Assembly: GCA_045613765.1 (NCBI GenBank) | Contig: JAZLBO010000020.1 | Span: forward strand, 5,193 to 69,192 | Source of the DNA: Clostridia bacterium | GTDB lineage: Bacteria > Bacillota > Clostridia > Christensenellales > CAG-917 | Direction: 5' to 3' | DNA length: 64,000 nucleotides | Part shown: positions 38,014 to 46,417 of the stretch, in pieces | How the letters are laid out: each line of letters begins with the position of its first letter | Numbering within the stretch: position 1 is the first letter of the stretch | Position numbers and translations under genes: made by a program | Notes under the pieces: model-generated | The model's database searches: none | What the model saw: the letters and a program-made list of their open reading frames with translations, nothing else | Told to the model about the DNA's origin: nothing

Positions 38014-40272
38014 TTACCTTTTGATGATTTTGTGGCCTGTCTTGGTCAACAACCAATGGGCATCATCAAGAAGTTGATAGTCATACTTGATGACGTCCTT
38101 TCTTTCTTCTGCTTGAAGAAGGGTTTCGTCTTCTCTCTTGTCCCTTTCTGCAACCATTTTTCTAAACTCAACGAGTCCATCAAAGGTTGTAAGATTACCA
38201 TGACGGCGCAACGTATAGTTTTTGCCGTTGGTATGCTTTTCAGTACCGTCTGCCATTGTGACAGTTTCTGTCAAGATTTGTTCCTTGCTTGCAGGCACTG
38301 TTCCCTTTGAAATCATATAGGAATTCCAACGATAGTGCTCGTGGATTGCCATATTCTTTCTTCTTGAATCTTTGAAGTCAAGGGTGTAGCCAATAATTGC
38401 CTTGCCGTCTGCAGTCACAGAGTATGCGCTCTTGTCGGGCATATCATTTTGGGCATAGATTTCAAGATATTCATCTTCTGTCAAAGCCTTGCCGTCTTCA
38501 TCTACTTTGCAATAGTCAAGCCCCATCATATTAAGTTTACTGCGAAGGCTCAATGCACAATAGATGTTGGACTCTCTTTCGTTTTGGGTTTTTCTTTGAT
38601 ACCAATCACGGTGTGCTTGCTTTTTGATTTCATCCACTCTTTCTTCAGTCAACTCTTTGCCGTCACTTGCCACTTCGTACTCAATGGCGTAAACAGCGTC
38701 ACGAAGACCTGCCATTTTGAATATATCGTCTGCAATTATGTTTTCAACGTCATAGACTTCATCTTCGCAAGCAATGATATAGTATCCTTCATTGTCCTTG
38801 ATGCCTTGACCGTGGTGGTTATCTCGTACTTTCACAAAGATGGTTGTGTTGTCCCCTTCCCACTCTTTGAGTTTGCCCAAAAGTTTCTTTGCCATATCCA
38901 CGTTTTCAAGATCACTGCCAAATGCAATGATGACAAAGTTGGCGTCATCACTTGACTTTGTAAGCACTGCCTTAATTTGATTGTAGAACTTTTGGTCATT
39001 GACGTCTAAGTGATGGAAGTTTTCACCCGCAGGATAACTGGGCAAAGGCAAGTATTTTTTGTCCTTGTCATCACGCTTTTCTTCTTCCTTGGCGATATGT
39101 TCAAACTCGTTCTTATATCTAAAATAGTTGTGGTTGAGATTTTTGTCATTGACAGAGCAATCGCACTTGTCTATGGTGTGTTCATCAACAAAGCACTTGT
39201 CAAAAAGATGATAGTTGACCTTCTTCAGTTCAACACCATCTGCACCTTGTGAGATAAATTGATTGTTGGCAACAGAGGTCAAGAAAAGTTGTTGATTTGT
39301 CCTGCCAAAGCCCAACATAACGACGTTGATGTCAACCCCATTTTTTACACAAGACGTGGTATAATCTATATGTTTTGCATCCATAAACATTGTGTATGGA
39401 TATTTTGATGCAAAATTGACTGCCATTTTTTGATATTTGTTGACGTAGGAAATGACACCTTTTCCGTCTTCAACAACTTCTTCATAGATGGCTTCAAATT
39501 TGGGGTCACCAAACAAATAGACTGCAACGTTGTCAAATACTTCAACTTGCTTTTCGGGGGCAAGTTTTGAAAACTCGCTTGTAAATTGTCTTGCAATTTC
39601 AAGGTTTCTTTCATCATCTTTCGTGTTGATGATGACGGTGATTTTCTCTTGTCTTTTCACTTGACTGCCTGCAAGTTTTGTGATGTAGTTGTCTGTTGAA
39701 TTTACTTTTGTGTATGCGATATTTTCAATGTAAAGTGAGAGTGCATCATCACTTGAAATATTGTCAACAATGACCTTTGCCCTTGCTTTTTCACTGGCAT
39801 AAATCTTGTAGTTTTGCTCATTATTGCCAAAGATAACAAGTTTATTTTTGCTATATTTTACACGTTGATTTGTTATGAAATTCCAGAGATATTGACTGAC
39901 AAGGGACAACGCAAAAAGCACAACGTTGACACATACAAGTGCAAATGAAAAGTATATTGCAAAGTTGTACAAAGGATTTGCGCTTGCAAGTGCTTCCACT
40001 GCCCCAACATTGAACTTCAATACAACGGAATCCATAATCAATGGTATTGCATTGATGAAGCCGTCAAGGATTGATTGACCACTGTAAATCAAGCCAATCC
40101 AGAACAACGGGAACACACAGATGTAGATGAGCACTATTCTGCCCTTTTTGTAGTCACGGAGATAGTTGACTTTGTCTTCACGATTCTTTTTGAGCAAGCC
40201 AAAGAACACCGAAACCAAGCCGATAATCATTGCCGTAAGACAAAGTGATGTGATTATGTAATATGGTGTCAT
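38014..40272 (-). CDS. Uncharacterised membrane protein: N-terminal multi-TM region, two RCK/TrkA-N-like Rossmann segments and a C-terminal RyR-like segment
   Basis: Probable start at ATG 40272 (GAGG RBS); the track extends to GTG 40320. About four TM helices. KLVIFGNN...ITVIINTKDDERNLEIA and NVVMLGFGRTNQQ...FVIIAFGSDLENVDMA resemble RCK N-domains. AIHEHYRWNSYM...RHGNLTTFDGL resembles the RyR-domain signature. No K+ selectivity filter was seen. Confidence 0.5.
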   Translation of the reverse strand: MTPYYIITSLCLTAMIIGLVSVFFGLLKKNREDKVNYLRDYKKGRIVLIYICVFPLFWIGLIYSGQSILDGFINAIPLIMDSVVLKFNVGAVEALASANPLYNFAIYFSFALVCVNVVLFALSLVSQYLWNFITNQRVKYSKNKLVIFGNNEQNYKIYASEKARAKVIVDNISSDDALSLYIENIAYTKVNSTDNYITKLAGSQVKRQEKITVIINTKDDERNLEIARQFTSEFSKLAPEKQVEVFDNVAVYLFGDPKFEAIYEEVVEDGKGVISYVNKYQKMAVNFASKYPYTMFMDAKHIDYTTSCVKNGVDINVVMLGFGRTNQQLFLTSVANNQFISQGADGVELKKVNYHLFDKCFVDEHTIDKCDCSVNDKNLNHNYFRYKNEFEHIAKEEEKRDDKDKKYLPLPSYPAGENFHHLDVNDQKFYNQIKAVLTKSSDDANFVIIAFGSDLENVDMAKKLLGKLKEWEGDNTTIFVKVRDNHHGQGIKDNEGYYIIACEDEVYDVENIIADDIFKMAGLRDAVYAIEYEVASDGKELTEERVDEIKKQAHRDWYQRKTQNERESNIYCALSLRSKLNMMGLDYCKVDEDGKALTEDEYLEIYAQNDMPDKSAYSVTADGKAIIGYTLDFKDSRRKNMAIHEHYRWNSYMISKGTVPASKEQILTETVTMADGTEKHTNGKNYTLRRHGNLTTFDGLVEFRKMVAERDKREDETLLQAEERKDVIKYDYQLLDDAHWLLTKTGHKIIKR

Positions 40273-40364
40273 ATTTACCTCATGCCCTATGTTTTCGGGC
40301 AAAAATTCTTCAAAAAACACATAAATCCACCATTACAGTGGATTTACGATTGATACTATTATAA

Positions 40365-41189
40365 TTATTGGATCATGAGCCAAGGCAAGCACTTTTCAAT
40401 GAGAAGTCCATATCTCAAATCTGCCTTTTGCTTGAGTGACGTCTTGATGAGTTCGTGGCAGAAGTCAACTGCTTTTTGTGCAGAGTCTTCAAAAGAGCAA
40501 CCACTCATAAGTTTGCCAATAAATGCAGATGAAAGACAATCCCCTGCACCGTGGATATAGGTGTCAAAATGCTCGTTGTATTGGAAAGAAATTCTGCCGT
40601 TTTGCAATGTTGCAGTGCCCTGCTTGTCGTCTGCAATTATGCCGCTGAGAAGAACCTTTTTGTATCCGTTGTGACGAAGGATGTTGAGTATCATCCTTGC
40701 ATTTTCGGGTGTAGGATCAAGTTCCATATCAAGACCTGCAAGCATTTTGCCTTCTGTGAAGTTGGGCATAACAATGTCTGCAACTTGGCAAAGTTCTTGG
40801 ATCTTTTTCCAGTACTTTTGATCAAATATGCGATAAAGTTGACCGTGTTCTGCACAAGCAGGGTCGATGGCAATAAGTGTGCCCTTCTCTTTCAATGCCT
40901 TTGCAATTTTGATTGTTGCTTCAACGGTTTCCATTGTGCCGATAAAGCCTGTGTACATACAATCAAACTTGATGTCAAGTTTTGTCCAATGTTCAAAACT
41001 GGGCATCATATTTGAGTATAAATCGTTGAATGTGAAGCCTTCGATGCCTGCAGTTTGTGTTGACAAAAGTGCTGTGGGCAAACCAACAGGTTCTTGACCA
41101 CAAGCAGAGATAATGGGGATTGCTGCCGTAAGCGAGCATCTGCCGATTGATGAGTAATCTTGGATTGTAAGGATGCGTGTATGCTTCAT
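40365..41189 (-). CDS. pdxK: Pyridoxal/pyridoxamine kinase (PfkB/ribokinase-like)
   Basis: 274 aa. Contains ILTIQDYSSIGRCSLTAAIPIISACG and the C-terminal GAGD anion-hole motif. Confidence 0.85.
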   Translation of the reverse strand: MKHTRILTIQDYSSIGRCSLTAAIPIISACGQEPVGLPTALLSTQTAGIEGFTFNDLYSNMMPSFEHWTKLDIKFDCMYTGFIGTMETVEATIKIAKALKEKGTLIAIDPACAEHGQLYRIFDQKYWKKIQELCQVADIVMPNFTEGKMLAGLDMELDPTPENARMILNILRHNGYKKVLLSGIIADDKQGTATLQNGRISFQYNEHFDTYIHGAGDCLSSAFIGKLMSGCSFEDSAQKAVDFCHELIKTSLKQKADLRYGLLIEKCLPWLMIQ

Positions 41190-41266
41190 ATATACACCTC
41201 TTATATAGTATATTGTTATTATTTTATCATAAATGTACGCTCAAATCAATAGGCTTGAAAATTTTG

Positions 41267-41295
41267 TTGCAATTTTTTCAAAGTAGTGTTATAAT
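41267..41295 (+). promoter_or_regulatory. Sigma-A type promoter for the SRP RNA
   Basis: TTGCAA (41267-41272), a 17-nt spacer and TATAAT (41290-41295). Confidence 0.7.
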
Positions 41296-41299
41296 TCTC

Positions 41300-41570
41300 T
41301 CGCTGTGCTAGATGGGGAGTTGGCGGTGCCCTGTAAACTGCAATCCGCCATAGCAGTATTGAACACCGATCGAGGCCTTCCATATGGTTGGTCGCACCAA
41401 ACAAGGAATGTTGATATCAAGGTCCGATGCAACACCGTGTCGTGAACCGTGTCAGGGCCTGACCGCAGCAGCACTAAGCGAATTTCGGCGTGTGCCATCG
41501 GGAAGCTTTGAAGGAGTCACCTATTTGGTTTCCACTTCGGTGTGGATTGTCGGAATCGGCGCACAGTATT
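41300..41570 (+). ncRNA. ffs: Signal recognition particle RNA, large Bacillus type (with Alu domain)
   Basis: Recalled similarity to B. subtilis scRNA: GCTGTGCTAGATGGGGAGTTGGCGGTGCCCTGTAAACTGCAATCCGCC at the 5' Alu domain, and CCGTGTCAGGGCCTGACCGCAGCAGCACTAAGCG (domain IV, helix 8). The 5' CTGTGC pairs with the 3' GCACAG. The ends are approximate. Confidence 0.85.
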
Positions 41571-41581
41571 TTGCAAGAAAC

Positions 41582-41611
41582 AAGGAGTCTATTGACTCCT
41601 TTTTCTTTTTT
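41582..41611 (+). terminator. Intrinsic terminator after the SRP RNA
   Basis: Stem AAGGAGTC/GACTCCTT followed by TTTTCTTTTTT. Confidence 0.8.
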
Positions 41612-41649
41612 GTGTTTAAAAATGGAGTGAGTGCGAACATATCAATTTA

Positions 41650-41958
41650 GGATTCCCCCTTTCCTCATGTGTTTCCCCCCATTGGCTTCGCCAAGCCCTA
41701 CGGGCAGGGGCAACTCGACGCGATTGACTTCGTAGCAATCGCTATTCCGTCACTTTGTTCCTTACGGCACGCGCACATTAAGTGCCGTTCTCTCATTATG
41801 TCACTTGCCACTTGGGTGGGGAAAATATGATCCCCAAGTGGCTGGCGTACTTTCGTCTGGTGCTTGGCACTCGCTTTCTCGCCACCCTGTGGCTCGCGTT
41901 CCGTCCTTAAACGAGTGAGTGCTTGTATAAGTACCCCACGAACTTGCCGTAGTGCACA
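41650..41958. ncRNA. Candidate structured non-coding region of unassigned class
   Basis: No credible ORF. Noticeably more GC-rich than the surroundings. Several strong local hairpins: GCGATTG/CAATCGC 41720-41742, ACGGCAC/GTGCCGT 41764-41788, CCACTTGGG/CCCAAGTGG 41808-41841 and GCCAC/GTGGC 41881-41893. Bounded by terminators. Strand not determined. Confidence 0.3.
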
Positions 41959-41986
41959 AAAAACTGCGCTAAATAGCGCAGTTTTT
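41958..41986. terminator. Perfect palindromic hairpin sharing the end sequence of the 37.7-38.0 kb elements
   Basis: AAAAACTGCGCT-aaat-AGCGCAGTTTTT. A 12-bp stem with A and T runs on either side. Confidence 0.65.
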
Positions 41987-41987
41987 G

Positions 41988-42019
41988 AAAAAGGGTGCTC
42001 GTCTTGAGCACCCTTTTTG
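41988..42019. terminator. Bidirectional intrinsic terminator after the EF-G paralog
   Basis: AAAAAGGGTGCTC-gtctt-GAGCACCCTTTTT. Confidence 0.8.
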
Positions 42020-42034
42020 TTTGTATTGAGGTAA

Positions 42035-44098
42035 TTATTTCTTTGCTGCTTCTTCTTTACGTTTCTTTGCGTCTTCAATGATCTTTGCATTGGCTGAGCC
42101 GGGAACTTCTTCATATCTTGTGAGTTCCATTGTGAACTTGCCTCTGCCTTGTGTCATTGAACGAAGGTCTGTTGCATAGCGGAACATTTCTGCTTGAGGA
42201 ACTTCTGCTGTGATGACTTGCTTTGAGCCTTCTGCATCTGTAAAGAGAATTCTACCACGACGCTTGTTCATATCGCCAAGGATGTCGCCAAGATAGTCGC
42301 TGGGGACTGTGATCTTTGCTGTCATGATGGGTTCAAGGAAGCAAGGTGATGCCTTTGCGCATGCTTCGTCATAAGAGAGTTTTGCTGCGATAACAAATGC
42401 GATTTCCTTACTATCAACGGGGTGATATTTTCCATCATAAAGTGTTGCTTTGAGGTTGACCATAGGATATCCTGCAAGGACGCCTTCTTTGATTGCTTCA
42501 CGAAGACCCTTTTCAACTGCGGGGATAAATTGTCTGGGAACTGCGCCACCGACAACTGCGTCAACAAATTCAAATTCGCCATCTGCTGCACCGGGTTCAA
42601 ACTTGATCCAAACATCACCAAATTGACCTGCACCACCTGATTGTTTCTTGTGCTTGCCTTCTGCTGATGCTTCTTTACGGATTGTTTCTTTGTATGCAAC
42701 TCTGGGTTCTTGCCAGCTGATGTCAATGCCGAGTTTGTTCTTTACGCGTTTGCACATAATGTCAAGTTGTGCTTCGCCAAGACCACTGATGAGGACGTCG
42801 CCTGTGACAACGTTCTTTTCAACTTTGAATGTTGCATCTTCGTCTTGCATCTTGATAAGACCTTGGATTGCCTTTTCTTCGTCTTTGTTTGCGCTGACTG
42901 CGTATGAAATGACGGGTTGAGGGAATTCGATCTTGCTGTATTGAAGTTTGTAGTCAGGTGCTGAGAGTGTATCGTTTGTGTTTGTGTAAACGAGTTTTGC
43001 AAGTGCGCCGATATCGCCTGCGTTGAGTGAATCAACTGCTTCTTGCTTTTTGCCCTTAAGGATGTAGAGTGCGCCTGCTTTTTCTGCTTTTTCTGCAGTG
43101 TTGTTGAACATTGCATCGCCACTTGAGAGTTTGCCACTCAAAACCTTGAAGATGAGAAGTTTGCCAACATAGGGGTCAACGATTGACTTGAAGACTTGTG
43201 CGCTGAAAGGTGCATTTGCATCACATGCGATTTCTTCTTCCTTGCCTGCCACTGTTGCTTTTGCTTTGTTTGCTGTTGCAGGGCTGGGGAGATAGTCAAC
43301 GATAATGTCAAGAAGACTGCTGATGCCTGTTGATGTTGTTGCATTGCCTGCCATAAGAGGAATAAGTGATTCTGTTGCGATTGCTGTGAGAATACCCTTC
43401 TTGATTTCTTCTGCAGTAAATTCTTCCCCTTCAAAGAACTTCATCATGAGTTCTTCGTCGGTTTCTGCAACCATTTCCATGAGTTGATCTTTGTATGCGC
43501 TTGCCTTTGATGCGACGTCTGCAGGTGCATCAATTGCTTTGCCGTTGAGATCCTTTGCTGAACCTGAAAGGACGTCAACTGAACCGACCATCTTGCCACC
43601 TTCGATAATAGGAAGTTCGATAGGAAGGACTTTGCCGTATTTTGATGTGATTGCATCAACTGTACCGTAGAAGTCACTGTTTTCTTTGTTGATTGCGTTG
43701 ACAAAGATGAGTGCGGGCACTGCCTTTTCTGCACACATATCAAGTGCTTTTTCTGTGCCGACTGTGAGTGAGCCACTTGCTGATGTGACGACTACTGCAC
43801 TGTCTGCTGCGTGGAGTGCTGATGCCATTTCGCCTTCAAAGTCGAAGAATCCGGGAACGTCAAGGACGTTGATCTTTGTGTCACGATGAATTGCGTATGC
43901 AACACCCATGCTGATGGATATCTTGCGCTTGATTTCTTCATCATCAAAGTCCATTGTTGAGTTGCCATCGTCAACTTTGCCGAGACGGTCTACTGTCTTG
44001 GTTGCAAACAAGAGTGCTTCTGCAAGAGAAGTCTTGCCTTCACCAGAGTGACCGATGAGAGCGATATTACGAATAAATTCTGTTGTGTAAGATTTCAT
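42035..44098 (-). CDS. Elongation factor G paralog (EF-G2-like translational GTPase)
   Basis: 687 aa. G1 motif GHSGEGKTS (non-canonical, as in EF-G2-type paralogs), DVPGFFDF and NAINK motifs, and EF-G domains II-V. Confidence 0.88.
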   Translation of the reverse strand: MKSYTTEFIRNIALIGHSGEGKTSLAEALLFATKTVDRLGKVDDGNSTMDFDDEEIKRKISISMGVAYAIHRDTKINVLDVPGFFDFEGEMASALHAADSAVVVTSASGSLTVGTEKALDMCAEKAVPALIFVNAINKENSDFYGTVDAITSKYGKVLPIELPIIEGGKMVGSVDVLSGSAKDLNGKAIDAPADVASKASAYKDQLMEMVAETDEELMMKFFEGEEFTAEEIKKGILTAIATESLIPLMAGNATTSTGISSLLDIIVDYLPSPATANKAKATVAGKEEEIACDANAPFSAQVFKSIVDPYVGKLLIFKVLSGKLSSGDAMFNNTAEKAEKAGALYILKGKKQEAVDSLNAGDIGALAKLVYTNTNDTLSAPDYKLQYSKIEFPQPVISYAVSANKDEEKAIQGLIKMQDEDATFKVEKNVVTGDVLISGLGEAQLDIMCKRVKNKLGIDISWQEPRVAYKETIRKEASAEGKHKKQSGGAGQFGDVWIKFEPGAADGEFEFVDAVVGGAVPRQFIPAVEKGLREAIKEGVLAGYPMVNLKATLYDGKYHPVDSKEIAFVIAAKLSYDEACAKASPCFLEPIMTAKITVPSDYLGDILGDMNKRRGRILFTDAEGSKQVITAEVPQAEMFRYATDLRSMTQGRGKFTMELTRYEEVPGSANAKIIEDAKKRKEEAAKK

Positions 44099-44234
44099 TA
44101 TTTTACCTCAATAAATAATTTAATACTGGGATATAATACACTATTTGGGGGTGAGTTGACAAGCAAAAAAAACTACTACACGCCACTTTTTTTAATTTTT
44201 TGATACTTTTTTCGGTTTTTGCATATTGTGAAGT

Positions 44235-44966
44235 ATGAGTATCATAGGGATTTATGACAGTGGAATCGGTGGACTTACCACTCTTTGCGCTTTGAAAAAA
44301 GTCTTTCCGAGGTGCGATTTTTATTATCTTGCAGACAACAAAAACGTGCCTTTGGGTACAAAAAGCCGTGAAGAAATCGTCAGTGCAGTTGAGCATGGTC
44401 TTGAACTTTTGAAAAGAAAAAGCCATCTTCAAGTGGTGGCATGCAACACGGCGTCAACCGTCGTAAATCCCGATGCCTATCTTCTTTGCCCTAATCTTGA
44501 AAACTTGCCCTGTGACAAAACTTTACTTTTGTGCACACCTGCAACGTCATCTGCACTTGGACTGAAAGAAAAGGGCTATACCATTGCAGACACAAAGTGT
44601 CTTGCATCTCAAGTTGAAGAAATTGCTCAATGCAAATTCCTTGAAAACCAAGATTTGACCTTTGAAAGCCTTGAAAGTACTCTTGAAAATATTGTCCAAA
44701 AGGCACTTGAAGAAAACCCGAAAATAGACAGAATTTATCTTGGTTGCTCACACTATTTATACTTCAAAAGCACCCTTGAAAAAGTTTGTCACGGGTTGAA
44801 AATCCTTGACGGCAACAAGAGTCTAATAAGCGAGATGTTGACCCTTGAAAATATCAATTACGGCAGCAGAAAAATGCAATTTGATTTCACACTGTCGCCC
44901 TGCCGAGAAAAGTACGATTGGACACTTGAAAAGTTGATGAAAAATCCAAAGTTTTACGGCATCTAA
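44235..44966 (+). CDS. murI: Glutamate racemase
   Basis: 243 aa. Contains IGIYDSGIGGLT and the two catalytic Cys motifs (VVACNTAS, LGCSHY). Confidence 0.8.
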   Translation: MSIIGIYDSGIGGLTTLCALKKVFPRCDFYYLADNKNVPLGTKSREEIVSAVEHGLELLKRKSHLQVVACNTASTVVNPDAYLLCPNLENLPCDKTLLLCTPATSSALGLKEKGYTIADTKCLASQVEEIAQCKFLENQDLTFESLESTLENIVQKALEENPKIDRIYLGCSHYLYFKSTLEKVCHGLKILDGNKSLISEMLTLENINYGSRKMQFDFTLSPCREKYDWTLEKLMKNPKFYGI

Positions 44967-44970
44967 TCGG

Positions 44971-45831
44971 TCAAATTGAATATGCGATATTGACGGCTTG
45001 TGCGATTATATTCGAAGTGTTTTCAAGGTATAATTTCACTTCTTTTGGTGCAACCACAAGCCGTGACAACTTTTTGTCACAAAGGGTGCTGTGAAAAGCA
45101 AATTCATCAATGTTGAAGGTTGGATTTGTTTCCTTATAACTTTTGACAAAATCTTTGATGACGCCTTGCATTGTCAAGACAAGTGGCACACCGATTGAGA
45201 TTGTTGGCACACCGTATATTTCCTTGTTCATTGGTGGCTTGTCACTGCCCACACCACTGCCGGGGGTTATGCCTGCCGTTGACATTTGAAATGACGTGCC
45301 GAGGCGTGATACACTTGTTGTGGCAAGGGTGTCAAATATCAAGATGGCAGACGGTTGAATTTTGTCCCGTAATGCAGACAGTATTTCATTAGATTTGATG
45401 CCACTGACACCCTCTACACCCAAAGGGTGAGTGCAAAGATTGTATCTATGTTCATTTAGGCTGTTGCCACGGGTTGCATTTATCTTTTCAACCACTTTTA
45501 CACCAAGAGCGTCTGCAAGGACTTGTCCATTGCCAAGCCCAACAGCGAGTATCGTGCTTCCCACCGGCAGTATGCCAACTACTTGCCGTATTGTGCTTGC
45601 AATTATCTTTGACAAATAGTCCTGATAGCCTTCGTCACGGACTGAACTTGTATCATAGGTCACATAGATGCCTTTTGGCTTTCCAATCTTACTGGCAAGG
45701 TCGTTGTTTTTGACGTTGACAACAGATTGAGAAATTCCGTAGAATAGTTTTTTGACGGTGGCAAGATCGTTTAGCCCCCTATTTTCAAGGTTGTCAAGTG
45801 CCATATCACTGTAAAAAATGTCGTTTTGCAT
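44971..45831 (-). CDS. gpr: Germination protease GPR (spore endopeptidase)
   Basis: 286 aa. Contains VGLGNGQVLADALG and ITPGSGVG...GVPTISIGVPLV motifs. Adjacent and divergent to rpsT, as in Bacillus. Confidence 0.82.
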   Translation of the reverse strand: MQNDIFYSDMALDNLENRGLNDLATVKKLFYGISQSVVNVKNNDLASKIGKPKGIYVTYDTSSVRDEGYQDYLSKIIASTIRQVVGILPVGSTILAVGLGNGQVLADALGVKVVEKINATRGNSLNEHRYNLCTHPLGVEGVSGIKSNEILSALRDKIQPSAILIFDTLATTSVSRLGTSFQMSTAGITPGSGVGSDKPPMNKEIYGVPTISIGVPLVLTMQGVIKDFVKSYKETNPTFNIDEFAFHSTLCDKKLSRLVVAPKEVKLYLENTSNIIAQAVNIAYSI

Positions 45832-45871
45832 AAAATTATTGTGTGCATTATCAAAAAATAGATTAAAACAC

Positions 45872-45900
45872 TTGCAACTTTTTTCTAAATATGCTAATAT
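45872..45900 (+). promoter_or_regulatory. Sigma-A type promoter for rpsT
   Basis: TTGCAA, a 17-nt spacer and TAATAT. Confidence 0.6.
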
Positions 45901-45943
45901 TTCAAAGATTTCTAATTAAGTATTCAAATATGAGGAGATAAAT

Positions 45944-46213
45944 ATGCCTAATATTAAGTCAGCAAAAAAGAGAGTCAAGGTTTCAGCAAGACAAAACAAA
46001 GAAAACACAATGAAAAAGTCACGCGTTAAGAACGCAGTCAAGAAGTACAATGATGCAATCGCAGCTAACGATGTCGCACTCGCAACAGAACTTCTTCCCG
46101 GAACCATGGCAGTCATCGACGCAGCAACTTCTGATGGTGTTTACCACAAGAACACAGCAGCAAGAAAGAAAGCAACTCTCTGCCGTTCATTGGACAAAAT
46201 TAAGAACAACTAA
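45944..46213 (+). CDS. rpsT: 30S ribosomal protein S20
   Basis: 89 aa. Starts MPNIKSAKKRVKVSARQN. Confidence 0.95.
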   Translation: MPNIKSAKKRVKVSARQNKENTMKKSRVKNAVKKYNDAIAANDVALATELLPGTMAVIDAATSDGVYHKNTAARKKATLCRSLDKIKNN

Positions 46214-46238
46214 TTGACACTTACGACACTCAATGAAA

Positions 46239-46265
46239 GGGTTGTCAGTTGACAGCCCTTTTTTT
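46239..46265 (+). terminator. Intrinsic terminator after rpsT
   Basis: Stem GGGTTGTC/GACAGCCC (one G-T pair) followed by a T7 run. Confidence 0.7.
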
Positions 46266-46320
46266 CGTATAATAAATACATTACACTACTATCATATTTG
46301 AATATCAACACAAAAATAAA

Positions 46321-46346
46321 AGCAGACCACTACGTCTGCTTTTTTG
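46321..46346. terminator. Intrinsic terminator after the 670-aa peptidase gene
   Basis: Stem AGCAGAC/GTCTGCT with flanking A and T runs. Confidence 0.65.
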
Positions 46347-46417
46347 TTTGCTTTTTTATATTTTAATTGTTGCTTGTTGCAATTTAATGGGACGTCAAAG
46401 CTGCATTTTCAAATGTG

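Noticed and set aside
41650-41958. RNase P RNA, tmRNA, 6S RNA or a group II intron remnant.
   Set aside because: None of the expected hallmarks appears on either strand. That covers GGAAAGUCC-type CR-I, a tRNA-like acceptor/T-arm end, and a domain V hairpin with an AGC triad. The feature is kept only as an unassigned candidate.
41289-42114. Track ORFs 41289-41498 (minus), 41384-41650 (plus) and 41698-42114 (minus).
   Set aside because: The first two lie on the SRP RNA gene and its terminator. The third runs through the structured GC-rich region and overlaps the 3' end of the EF-G paralog. None has an RBS or protein-like composition.
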